Virus record (IMG/VR): IMGVR_UViG_3300010367_000168
Coordinates: 1-64,000 of that record
DNA: 64,000 nt
Source: a virus
Reading direction: 5' to 3' (one strand)
The notes below the pieces were generated by a model. That model was not told where the DNA came from. It did no database searches and worked only from the letters and a program-made list of their open reading frames with translations. A program made the position numbers and the translations under genes. Below are positions 43,203 to 50,252 of this stretch, piece after piece (within the stretch, counting starts at the first letter, position 1; the number at the start of each line of letters is the position of its first letter).

Positions 43203-43661
43203 TCAGGAAATCTGCGGCGGGAACACCAGCACCTCAACCCCGTCGAGGGTGCTTAAATGCCGGATGATTTCCTCGCGGACCGCGAGCCATTCCAGGCCGC
43301 CTCTGCCGCAGCCCAGGGCCGGCAAGGCGATGGAAGCAATGCCGCGCCGCTGGAGGGACGCGGCAAGGCGCTCCAGCCCCCAGGACACCCATTCCAGGCG
43401 GCTCGGCTGGCGCCACGACTGCTTTGTGGGAAAGTGGACGATCCACCTGGGCACCGAGCCGATCTTGTAGTCGAACACGTGCAGGCGCCCTGGCTGGAGG
43501 GCTTGGCGGTGGCACGCGGCCATGTAGGCGTGGCTTGCTTCGGGGAAGCGGCTCCGGAACTCCTTCGCAAGGCCGGCCCCCATGACGCCATCCGTGTTGA
43601 CCGGGTTGACCAGGGCCTCGGCCTTCGCTTCGAAGAGCGAGCCGTCGCAGTAACGGATCAT
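43203..43661 (-). CDS. stand-alone macro domain protein (ADP-ribose binding/hydrolase type)
   Basis: ALVNPVNTDGVMGAGLAKEFRSRFPE and IALPALGCGRGGL are characteristic of TARG1/DarG-like macro domains. 152 aa with no fused domain. Confidence 0.75.
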   Translation of the reverse strand: MIRYCDGSLFEAKAEALVNPVNTDGVMGAGLAKEFRSRFPEASHAYMAACHRQALQPGRLHVFDYKIGSVPRWIVHFPTKQSWRQPSRLEWVSWGLERLAASLQRRGIASIALPALGCGRGGLEWLAVREEIIRHLSTLDGVEVLVFPPQIS

Positions 43662-43958
43662 TTACCTCCTCCTCTGCCGGGCCCGGCGGCTCCGCCCGTG
43701 CTGGCCGGGATCGCCGCCAGCAGCGATGTAGGCTCGCCTGCCCTCATCGGTGGCGCCGAACCATTCGGTCGTCTGGCCATCTTCGATCCGAGCCCGGAGC
43801 GCTTTGATCCAGCCCTGCCGTTCGAGGCTGCGCTTGGTGCCTACCGAGACGACGAAGAGGGGCCCGATCCGCCAGCCGGCTTGATCGGACCCCCATATCT
43901 CGGGCTTGTGGCCCGACGTAAACAGCGTCTTCAGGGCCTCGAATTGGGGAGGCGTCAC
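43662..43958 (-). CDS. hypothetical protein with basic tail (98 aa)
   Basis: GTG 43958. Its TAA stop directly abuts the macro gene ATG, and the GGAGGAGG RBS lies in its 3' end. Confidence 0.4.
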   Translation of the reverse strand: MTPPQFEALKTLFTSGHKPEIWGSDQAGWRIGPLFVVSVGTKRSLERQGWIKALRARIEDGQTTEWFGATDEGRRAYIAAGGDPGQHGRSRRARQRRR

Positions 43959-43972
43959 CTGTCCGCCGCCTC

Positions 43973-44182
43973 TCAGACGGTGGCTGCTGTTGCGCGACCA
44001 TTCAGCCGATCGGCCTCGCCTTCGATCCGGCCACGGTCGTGCGTCCATTCGCCGATGATATGAAACGTCGGCGTCGCATCGGTCTCATAGACCCCGTTCG
44101 GCGCGCGTGATTGCGACCACCAGTGGGCGAGTGCCCATCCGGCGCGGCTGTCGAAGATCACGATGTACTTGTGATTGGTCAT
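43973..44182 (-). CDS. hypothetical protein (69 aa)
   Basis: GGGAGGGGG RBS before ATG 44182. Confidence 0.45.
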   Translation of the reverse strand: MTNHKYIVIFDSRAGWALAHWWSQSRAPNGVYETDATPTFHIIGEWTHDRGRIEGEADRLNGRATAATV

Positions 44183-44193
44183 CGCCCCCTCCC

Positions 44194-44544
44194 TCACGCG
44201 GCAGCCATGGTGACATCCAGGTGGATGGCATCGTAGGGGAACAGCACCCCGGACTCGGTGCCAATGATCTGCCGGTCCAGGAGACCGGCATCGATCAGCG
44301 CATGGATGTCGGTGTGAACGCCCTTGAAGTCGCGGTCCACCCGCCGGGCGATCTCGCGCATGGTCATGGCGCCCTGGCCGGCCATCGCCCGCAGGATGTC
44401 CCACCGCTTGGGCGTGATCACTTTGTGCAGCGCCTCGAACGTCCGGAAATCAATCCGGGGCTCCTGGGGCTCGCCTTTGTACGCCGCAATGAAGCGAGCC
44501 TCAGTGTCGGCCAGGGACGCGACGCCGATTGTAACGGTGTTCAT
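44194..44544 (-). CDS. TumA-like winged-helix antitoxin/transcriptional regulator
   Basis: MNTVTIGVASL..PRIDFRTFEALHKVITPKRWDILRAM..MTMREIARRV.RDFKGVHTDIHALIDAGLL resembles the HVO_A0114/MarR-like partners of DUF6516 toxins. ATGA overlap with the toxin stop. Confidence 0.55.
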   Translation of the reverse strand: MNTVTIGVASLADTEARFIAAYKGEPQEPRIDFRTFEALHKVITPKRWDILRAMAGQGAMTMREIARRVDRDFKGVHTDIHALIDAGLLDRQIIGTESGVLFPYDAIHLDVTMAAA

Positions 44545-44831
44545 TTCAGGATCTCCATCCAGGTTGCAACATCCGCCCGAAAGTCGGCCAGCAGGGTCTC
44601 GACATCGACAAAGCGGTAAGGGATCTCGGTGCTGCCGAGGTGCTTGTGGTCGCCCTTGCCGCGCTCGTTGTCGTACCGCATCACGCACTCGCCCTTGGAC
44701 ACGAGGGCGAGGCGGTATTTGACGTTGTGCTTGCTCCCCGGCACCGGGGCCGGCACCGCCCAAACGACCATCTCGACGAAAGCCGTCTCGGTCAGGATCA
44801 GTCGGTTGCGTAGGAGAAGCTTGGCGTTCAT
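44541..44831 (-). CDS. TumE-like (DUF6516) toxin candidate
   Basis: MNAKLLLRNRLILTETAFVEMVVWAVPAPVPGSKHNVKYRLALV..RYDNERGKGDHKHLG..EIPYRF matches my recollection of the DUF6516/TumE signature. Confidence 0.55.
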   Translation of the reverse strand: MNAKLLLRNRLILTETAFVEMVVWAVPAPVPGSKHNVKYRLALVSKGECVMRYDNERGKGDHKHLGSTEIPYRFVDVETLLADFRADVATWMEILK

Positions 44832-44832
44832 G

Positions 44833-44852
44833 AGGGCACAATACTGTGCCCC
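44833..44852. promoter_or_regulatory. operator dyad AGGGCAC-AATACT-GTGCCCC abutting the toxin start codon
   Basis: Read directly. Begins 2 nt upstream of the TumE-like ATG. Confidence 0.55.
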
Positions 44853-44950
44853 AACGGTGATGTAAAGCACTCCATCACCCACAGAGTGAGGGCCGCCTGG
44901 AGGATGCCCGGCGGCCCTGTTTTCATGCATCGCGGTTTGTAAGTCGGCGT

Positions 44951-44978
44951 GGGGTGCCTTGGGGCGCCTTGGGGCGCC
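44951..44978 (+). repeat. three tandem 10-bp repeats GGGGYGCCTT
   Basis: ggggtgcctt ggggcgcctt ggggcgcc, with helical-turn periodicity. Confidence 0.8.
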
Positions 44979-45008
44979 GATTCCGGTTTGTAACGCCTAA
45001 CCTGTTGA

Positions 45009-45020
45009 TTTCACGTGAAA
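45009..45020. other. perfect 12-bp palindrome TTTCACGTGAAA (candidate recombination core or operator)
   Basis: Read directly. Lies centrally between the 9-mer pairs. Confidence 0.4.
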
Positions 45021-45127
45021 CGCCGGTTCCTGGAAGTTCTTCTGTTCCGCCCTGTATGTCGCAGAAATCCTGGAGTTTCGGGCAGGTTTGTAAAAGGTTT
45101 GTAGAAAGGACCCGGTTGATCTGTTCC

Positions 45128-45324
45128 CTATTCACCCCGCCGCGGGTGGCCGGGCATCTTCTCCGACCACCGGGCGTCCTCGAATTCGCGCCGCGCATCG
45201 GCCTCCTCGATCAGCGCGTCCACGAGTAACTTCCTGGCGCGTTCGGTGTCCGCTTGCGCCCGCGCGACTTTGCGCGTGGCGGAGTCGAGGCGGCGCTTTG
45301 CGCGCCGCTCCAGGGGGCCGGTCA
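45128..45324 (-). CDS. hypothetical coiled-coil protein (65 aa)
   Basis: Internal ATG 45324 of a longer ORF. Charged helical sequence. Confidence 0.4.
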
Positions 45325-45335
45325 TTCCGAGCCCC

Positions 45336-45557
45336 TCAACCGACGAGCCTTCTGGCACAATCGACACCAAACGGGAACCAGCCCTGGGACTGATCCTCAG
45401 GGACATCTTCCCGATCGTGATAGGTGTTATCCCGCCGGTCCAATTCCAGCCATGCCACGCGGCCCGAGATCGCCTTCCCGCAGCGGGTGCAATACCGGCT
45501 GCTCGGGTCAATCTCATTGGTGTGCCCCATGACACGCGGGGCCTGCATGCTGGTCAT
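45336..45557 (-). CDS. hypothetical small protein (73 aa)
   Basis: ATGA overlap with the upstream stop. RYCTRCGK...FPFGVDCARR. Confidence 0.45.
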   Translation of the reverse strand: MTSMQAPRVMGHTNEIDPSSRYCTRCGKAISGRVAWLELDRRDNTYHDREDVPEDQSQGWFPFGVDCARRLVG

Positions 45558-45886
45558 TCCGAGCCCTCCAGAACATAGTCGATGCGGACATCGCGCCCCC
45601 CGTTGACGATGATCTCCTCAACCTCGGCGGCAATGTGTCGGGCCAGGATCGTCAAGACGGAAATGGCCGCGCTCTGCTCTCTTTCAGCGCCGTCGCGGTT
45701 CTTCCAACGAATCGTGTAAGCCCAGCCTCTGCCGACCGCGGCGCCCGGCTTCAGCAGCGCGCGACTGCCGTGGCTCCGGTACACGTCCTTGACCTTGCCC
45801 GAGCCGATGGCCTTGAGGTCGGTGTCCTTGATGGCGCGACGGGCTTGGCGCCGCTGCCGGATGCGCGTCGTAGCTTTGCCGCTCAT
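45554..45886 (-). CDS. hypothetical protein (110 aa)
   Basis: ORF track, start/stop overlaps on both sides. Confidence 0.5.
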   Translation of the reverse strand: MSGKATTRIRQRRQARRAIKDTDLKAIGSGKVKDVYRSHGSRALLKPGAAVGRGWAYTIRWKNRDGAEREQSAAISVLTILARHIAAEVEEIIVNGGRDVRIDYVLEGSE

Positions 45887-46107
45887 GATTGCGCTCCCTT
45901 CGACGCCGCCTCTCTGCCGGCATCGGTGATGTAATGATCGCCGTGAGCGTTCGGGACGATCAACCCCGCTGCCTCCAGGTCGGCCAAGGCAACCTTGATC
46001 CGGTGCCGATCAAAGCCGGTCCGGCCGCCGCCACGGATGACCCCATCGGGGTGCGCAGCGCCGTCCTGGAGGAGGCGCACCTTCGTGACGGACAGGCGGA
46101 GGCTCAT
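45883..46107 (-). CDS. hypothetical protein, possible winged helix (74 aa)
   Basis: Internal ATG 46107. The longer ORF's N-terminus has implausible composition. Confidence 0.4.
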   Translation of the reverse strand: MSLRLSVTKVRLLQDGAAHPDGVIRGGGRTGFDRHRIKVALADLEAAGLIVPNAHGDHYITDAGREAASKGAQS

Positions 46108-46283
46108 TGCGGCACCTCCCGCGCCGCTGGCGCGCCCTTCTGTGCCTTGGCGGCCTCCTCGGCCCAGCGCCGCACCTCGGGGGCCTGCGGGCCCCCGAGC
46201 ATGCCGGTGATCTCTTCGACCGTGCGGCCAGCCTCGACCATCCGCCGGACCATGTTCTTCAGAGCGGAAAGGAAGAGCGGCAT
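46104..46283 (-). CDS. small HTH-like protein (59 aa)
   Basis: MPLFLSALKNMVRRMVEAGRTVEEITGMLG resembles resolvase-type HTH. Confidence 0.4.
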   Translation of the reverse strand: MPLFLSALKNMVRRMVEAGRTVEEITGMLGGPQAPEVRRWAEEAAKAQKGAPAAREVPQ

Positions 46284-46519
46284 CACCGTCCTCCCTTCGC
46301 CACCGCGGGCGCCGCTGGGGCTTGCGCGGCCTCCAGGTGGCGCACAGTGGCCTCCAGGCGGCGAATGTACGCCACGGCCAGCGGCAGGGCGAATTGGGGC
46401 GCAAGGCCCCGGCCAGCGGCGGCGTCGGCCAGGGCCGCGGACAGCTCGGCGTCGTCCTTGAAAGCCACAAGGAGGTCGCCGAGATCGGGCTTGCGGGCGA
46501 GTTCGTCCAGGATGTTCAT
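46283..46519 (-). CDS. hypothetical protein (78 aa)
   Basis: GAGGGAGG RBS before ATG 46519. Lies immediately downstream of int. Confidence 0.45.
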   Translation of the reverse strand: MNILDELARKPDLGDLLVAFKDDAELSAALADAAAGRGLAPQFALPLAVAYIRRLEATVRHLEAAQAPAAPAVAKGGR

Positions 46520-46530
46520 CGCGGCCTCCC

Positions 46531-47646
46531 TCAACCCACAAGCCGGAAGCGATCACGCATCTTGCGCCGCACTCCTTCCTGGAGCTGCGCCTTCTCGGCC
46601 TCCTCGCAATACCGCTGCACCTCCGAAAGGGTCTCGTGGCCGGTCACGGTCATGATCTCGTGCGGGGTGCAGCCAGCCTCGGCCAGCCGCCGGGCAGCGG
46701 CCTTGCGGAGGCCATGGGCCACGCATCGGCTCGGGAGCTTGGCGGCATCGAAGTTGGCGGCCATCCAGACGCTCAAGCGGGAGGCGATGAATGGCTGGTG
46801 GATGCTGTTGAGCAGGATGTGCTGCTGGATGTCGGTCGGGATCTTTTCCCTCTCGCAGGTTTCCCGCCACGCATCGAGCGCCTCGACCAACTCGGGCTCG
46901 CAGTTGATGTAAAGGGTCTTGTCCTTCTTCGCGCCCTTGCCCTTCTTCTGCTGGACGGCAATGGTCGCCCGGCGGTTGCCCTCCTGATCGGTGAACCACT
47001 GGATCTCGGGCCACTTCATTTTGGCAACGTCGATCCCGCGCTGCCCGGTGAACAGAAACAGGGTGAAGGCCGTCCGCTCGCGCGTCCCGACCTTCCATCG
47101 CGTCTCGTACTGAGCGATCTCCTGCTCATTCCAGGTGTGGTGCTTGCCGATCTCCAGCTTCTCGACCCCGAGGGTCGGGTCGCGGTCCATCCAACCCCGC
47201 CGGATCACGAACTTGGCCAGTTGGCGCAGCGCCTTCAGCAGGTTGTTATGCTGGCCGGGGCGATCGTGGTAGGTCGCAAAAAATTCCTCGATCTTGGCGA
47301 CCGGGGTGCCGCGCACCGACCGGTGGCCATGGACCTTGCAGAAGATGGCCAAGATGCGCCGGGTCTTCTTCCGCGACTCCTCGCCCTGCTTGCCGAGCCC
47401 AACCGCGAGGAAATCCTTCACCGCGGCGTTCCACGTCTGCTGCCCGGTGCTGGTCTTCATCGCCTCGGGGAGCGGGGCCTGCTGGGGGACGAAGCCGAGC
47501 GCCATGTTGTACTGCGCCATGAACTCCGGGGAGCCCGGCTTGCCGATCAACCGCACCGCCTTCTGCTTCGGGAACCGGAAATAGGACCGCTCTCGTCCAT
47601 GCCGGTCGGTGAAGGTGTTCACGTATTTGAGGGTGACGGTGGCCAT
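46531..47646 (-). CDS. int: tyrosine recombinase / phage integrase
   Basis: 371 aa from ATG 47646 (GAGGTG RBS). C-terminal catalytic signature ..AHGLRKAAARRLAEAGCTPHEIMTVTGHETLSEVQRY... N-terminal arm-binding-like segment RSYFRFP..VRLIGKPGSPEF. Confidence 0.9.
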   Translation of the reverse strand: MATVTLKYVNTFTDRHGRERSYFRFPKQKAVRLIGKPGSPEFMAQYNMALGFVPQQAPLPEAMKTSTGQQTWNAAVKDFLAVGLGKQGEESRKKTRRILAIFCKVHGHRSVRGTPVAKIEEFFATYHDRPGQHNNLLKALRQLAKFVIRRGWMDRDPTLGVEKLEIGKHHTWNEQEIAQYETRWKVGTRERTAFTLFLFTGQRGIDVAKMKWPEIQWFTDQEGNRRATIAVQQKKGKGAKKDKTLYINCEPELVEALDAWRETCEREKIPTDIQQHILLNSIHQPFIASRLSVWMAANFDAAKLPSRCVAHGLRKAAARRLAEAGCTPHEIMTVTGHETLSEVQRYCEEAEKAQLQEGVRRKMRDRFRLVG

Positions 47647-47651
47647 CGTGG

Positions 47652-47885
47652 TCACCTCACCCAAACGGCGCCACGCTGGAGCGTTTCCAGCGTGCGATAA
47701 TACTCGCGGGTGAAGACCGGGCTGCTGGGGTCGCCGGGCAACCGAAATTTGACCGTGATCGGGCGGCTGGGCGCCTTGGTTGGCGCCGCTGGGTCCGCTG
47801 CGGGGAGATAGGTTGCGACGAAGTAGTAGGCCGTGCCGTGCGGGTTCGGAATGGACCGCAGATGCTTCAATTCGGTCAGTGACAT
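47652..47885 (-). CDS. stand-alone integrase-N-terminal (arm-binding)-like protein, RDF candidate
   Basis: HGTAYYFV...ITVKFRLPGDPSSPVFTREYYRTL aligns by eye with Int residues HGRERSYFRF..AVRLIGKPGSPEFMAQYNMAL. GGAGAC RBS. Confidence 0.5.
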   Translation of the reverse strand: MSLTELKHLRSIPNPHGTAYYFVATYLPAADPAAPTKAPSRPITVKFRLPGDPSSPVFTREYYRTLETLQRGAVWVR

Positions 47886-47900
47886 TATGGTCTCCGGGTT

Positions 47901-47938
47901 TGGGCACTTGTATGTGCCAGGGCACACATTAGTGCCCT
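47901..47938. promoter_or_regulatory. two abutting operator dyads upstream of the int operon
   Basis: TGGGCAC-TTGTAT-GTGCCA and AGGGCAC-ACATTA-GTGCCCT share base 47919. Confidence 0.55.
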
Positions 47939-47966
47939 TCGCCGCAGATCTGGAAGGGCTTTTTTT
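47934..47966 (+). terminator. plus-strand hairpin plus T7 (terminator-like) in a minus-strand gene region
   Basis: GCCCTTC-12 nt-GAAGGGC followed by TTTTTTT. Confidence 0.35.
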
Positions 47967-47974
47967 ACAAACCT

Positions 47975-47994
47975 AGGGCTCACTTGTGTGACCT
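47975..47994. promoter_or_regulatory. operator dyad AGGGCTC-ACTTGT-GTGACCT
   Basis: Read directly. Overlaps the stop of the HTH_17-like gene. Confidence 0.45.
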
Positions 47995-48265
47995 ACGCGT
48001 CGTCCCAGCTCGTGTCCTTGATCGGGGGCGGGACCTCCTCCCATTTGACATCGATGTGCGGGAGCGCCTTGTACGCTGCGGTCACCTCGTCACAGTCCCA
48101 CGTCTGCACGCCCCCGACACTCCGGGGTGGCGGCATCACCTTCGCCCGTACCAGCCGTTGGAAGTTCTCAACGCCGATGCCGATATAGGCCGCCGCCTCG
48201 GGCAACCGCAGGCCCAGCACCACAGGGAGGCGGCTCCTGGCCTCGGCGCGAGTGATGGTCGGCAT
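47993..48265 (-). CDS. AlpA/excisionase-type HTH protein
   Basis: LRLPEAAAYIGIGVENFQRLVRAKVMPPP..GGVQTWDCDEV (MerR/HTH_17-like), upstream of int. Confidence 0.6.
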   Translation of the reverse strand: MPTITRAEARSRLPVVLGLRLPEAAAYIGIGVENFQRLVRAKVMPPPRSVGGVQTWDCDEVTAAYKALPHIDVKWEEVPPPIKDTSWDDA

Positions 48266-48268
48266 CGC

Positions 48269-48448
48269 CTATCCCTCCTTGATCTCGTAGCCGTAGAATT
48301 CCGGGTCATGGGCGATGAAGTCGAACACGTCGCCATACGCCAGCCCGAGGCGCTCGTGGATCAGCATCCAGTGCGCGCCCTCGGGAAGATCGAGTTCCTC
48401 GACCTCTTCCATCACATCGCGGACACGCTCCTTGGTCGGCCTGGCCAT
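48269..48448 (-). CDS. hypothetical protein (59 aa)
   Basis: Internal ATG 48448. The upstream part of the long ORF is Arg/Pro/Gly junk. Confidence 0.4.
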   Translation of the reverse strand: MARPTKERVRDVMEEVEELDLPEGAHWMLIHERLGLAYGDVFDFIAHDPEFYGYEIKEG

Positions 48449-48453
48449 GATCG

Positions 48454-48705
48454 TCACCGGGCCCGCTTGAGGCCGATCTCCTTCACCGTCTCGAACTGAA
48501 TGCCGAGCCGGCGACGGACATCCTCCTTGGCGGCATACATGACGTGCCATGCCTCCCGGATGTCCTGCATCTCCGCGGCCTTGCCCATGGCCGCGTAAGT
48601 CACGATCTCGCCAACCGGGGTCTTGGCCAGCAGAGCGACGAGGCCCTTCCGCTGGTCCAGCCGGGGCCGGCTCGGCTTGCGCATGTTCGCGATGCCCATG
48701 TCCAT
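48454..48705 (-). CDS. hypothetical protein (83 aa)
   Basis: GAGGAGG RBS before ATG 48705. Confidence 0.5.
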   Translation of the reverse strand: MDMGIANMRKPSRPRLDQRKGLVALLAKTPVGEIVTYAAMGKAAEMQDIREAWHVMYAAKEDVRRRLGIQFETVKEIGLKRAR

Positions 48706-48707
48706 GC

Positions 48708-49184
48708 CTACCTCCTCGTAAGTGATGCTTCCTGGCTCTCGCGGTCGCGTTGACTGCGGAAGCGGTCCGACAGCCGCGTCCAGATCCCGGCCGCGTCGGG
48801 GTTGCGGTCCAGCTCGCGCCGGCTCTCCTTGCAGCCGCAGATCCGCCGGACCTGTTCGGCCGCCGCCTCCTCGCTGTCGACCTTGAGCCACGCTTGGAAA
48901 GCCGGGTCCTTGCACAGGATGCCGGCCTGCTTGACGAACGGCAGCTTTCGCCACGACTGCCGCTCCGGGGGCTCCAACTCACGGTTCGTCTTCACCGAGA
49001 GCACCTCGGGGTCGAGGGTGACGATGGCGCAGGGCCTGGACGAGCCCGGCAGGGGGAAACCGCCGAGCCGCCGATGAACCTCGTCGCCATCCTCGATCGG
49101 CGCCTCGAAGAGGATCTGCACAACCCCGCGGCTCGGGATGGCCTTGAGCTGCACGAAGTCGGCGATGATCGGTTCTTCTCTCAC
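48708..49184 (-). CDS. hypothetical protein (158 aa)
   Basis: GTGA overlap with the upstream stop. Plausible composition from VREEPIIADFVQLK. Confidence 0.45.
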   Translation of the reverse strand: MREEPIIADFVQLKAIPSRGVVQILFEAPIEDGDEVHRRLGGFPLPGSSRPCAIVTLDPEVLSVKTNRELEPPERQSWRKLPFVKQAGILCKDPAFQAWLKVDSEEAAAEQVRRICGCKESRRELDRNPDAAGIWTRLSDRFRSQRDRESQEASLTRR

Positions 49185-49402
49185 TCGCTCGCTCCCACCG
49201 GAGCGACCGTGAAGCCGCGGTGTTCCAGGCACTCGATCGCGTAACTGGCCTCGGCCAGATACCCCGTATACGTCCCCTCGACATCGTCCAGGGCGATGTC
49301 CGCCTTGCAGGCGAGGAACTTCTGACCTTTCCCATCCATGATGGCCCAGACCTCGGCCAAGGCCTCGGACGCCGCTCGGCGCAGTTTGCCGTGGCTGGTC
49401 AT
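49181..49402 (-). CDS. hypothetical protein (73 aa)
   Basis: ORF track. Confidence 0.45.
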   Translation of the reverse strand: MTSHGKLRRAASEALAEVWAIMDGKGQKFLACKADIALDDVEGTYTGYLAEASYAIECLEHRGFTVAPVGASE

Positions 49403-50250
49403 GGCGTCAAATCCATCGGCTTGGCAGCCAGGGTCTCGGCCTCGACGATCAGGTCGATGGCCCAGCTATTGCGCTCGGGGTCGGACGCGGCCCATGCCCG
49501 GATGGCCTGCACGGCATCCTTGTTCTCCTGGATGTCGATCAACTTCCGATTGGTCCCGAGGCCGCGGATCAGATTGGTCAGGAATTCTCGGGCCCCGTTG
49601 CCGTTGGCCGGGAACCTCCGCTCCACGACCCGGCCCGTAAACGTGTCCGGCGGGAATGACAGGACGAAGTGCCGGCCACCCGATGTCCCCTCCTGCGGAG
49701 TTGGCACCGGCGGTGACGGCTGGCTGCTGGCCGTGTCGGCCTGGCGTCCGGCCTGGCGGGCGCCTTGGCCAGCTTGTGCGCCCTGGCGATAGCCCTGCTG
49801 CGCGGCGCCCTTCACCCGGTCGCGGACGAAGTTCCCGGCGGCGAGGCCGCCATCGTCATCCTCGTCCCCGGTCAGGCCGACAGCGGCGCCGAAAGCGTAC
49901 CTCTTCGCATAGGTGATCGCGCTGCCCATTTGCTGGGCCGAGAATTCGCGCCCGAGCACCACCGGGATCTCGGTCTCGATCCACTGACCCGAGGCATGCA
50001 TCAGCAGCGTGGTGACAACGAGCACGCCCTTTTCGGAATACTCGGGCGCCTGCATCCAGGCGATGGCGTTCTCGCTCAACGCAGCGCGGGCGGCGTCGAT
50101 CAGGGCATCCAAGGTGGCATACTTGAACGTGTATTTGGCGCCGCTCTTGGTCTCGACCTCCACTGGCCGGTCCCGACCGGGATTGCGCATCGTGCCCTGC
50201 GCCTTGGCCAACGCCTCGGCGAACTTGTCGATCTGTTCGCTGCGGATCAT
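49399..50250 (-). CDS. ERF-family single-strand annealing protein
   Basis: KYTFKYATLDALIDAARAALSENAI...LLMHASGQW...QQMGSAITYAKRYAF..GLTGDEDDDG is the ERF signature. Confidence 0.8.
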   Translation of the reverse strand: MIRSEQIDKFAEALAKAQGTMRNPGRDRPVEVETKSGAKYTFKYATLDALIDAARAALSENAIAWMQAPEYSEKGVLVVTTLLMHASGQWIETEIPVVLGREFSAQQMGSAITYAKRYAFGAAVGLTGDEDDDGGLAAGNFVRDRVKGAAQQGYRQGAQAGQGARQAGRQADTASSQPSPPVPTPQEGTSGGRHFVLSFPPDTFTGRVVERRFPANGNGAREFLTNLIRGLGTNRKLIDIQENKDAVQAIRAWAASDPERNSWAIDLIVEAETLAAKPMDLTP

Positions 50251-50252
50251 GA

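Larger units (their letters stand above)
44934..45104 (+). repeat. four direct GGTTTGTAA/G 9-mers flanking a lower-GC core (arm-site-like)
   Basis: Copies at 44934-42, 44985-93, 45085-93 and 45096-104. The same 9-mer also occurs at 51594-602 and inverted at 47965-73. Confidence 0.6.

Noticed and set aside
43203-44182. Complete DarTG toxin-antitoxin system.
   Set aside because: Only the macro (DarG-like) part is present. The neighbouring 69- and 98-aa ORFs are far too small and show no DarT (DUF4433) features.
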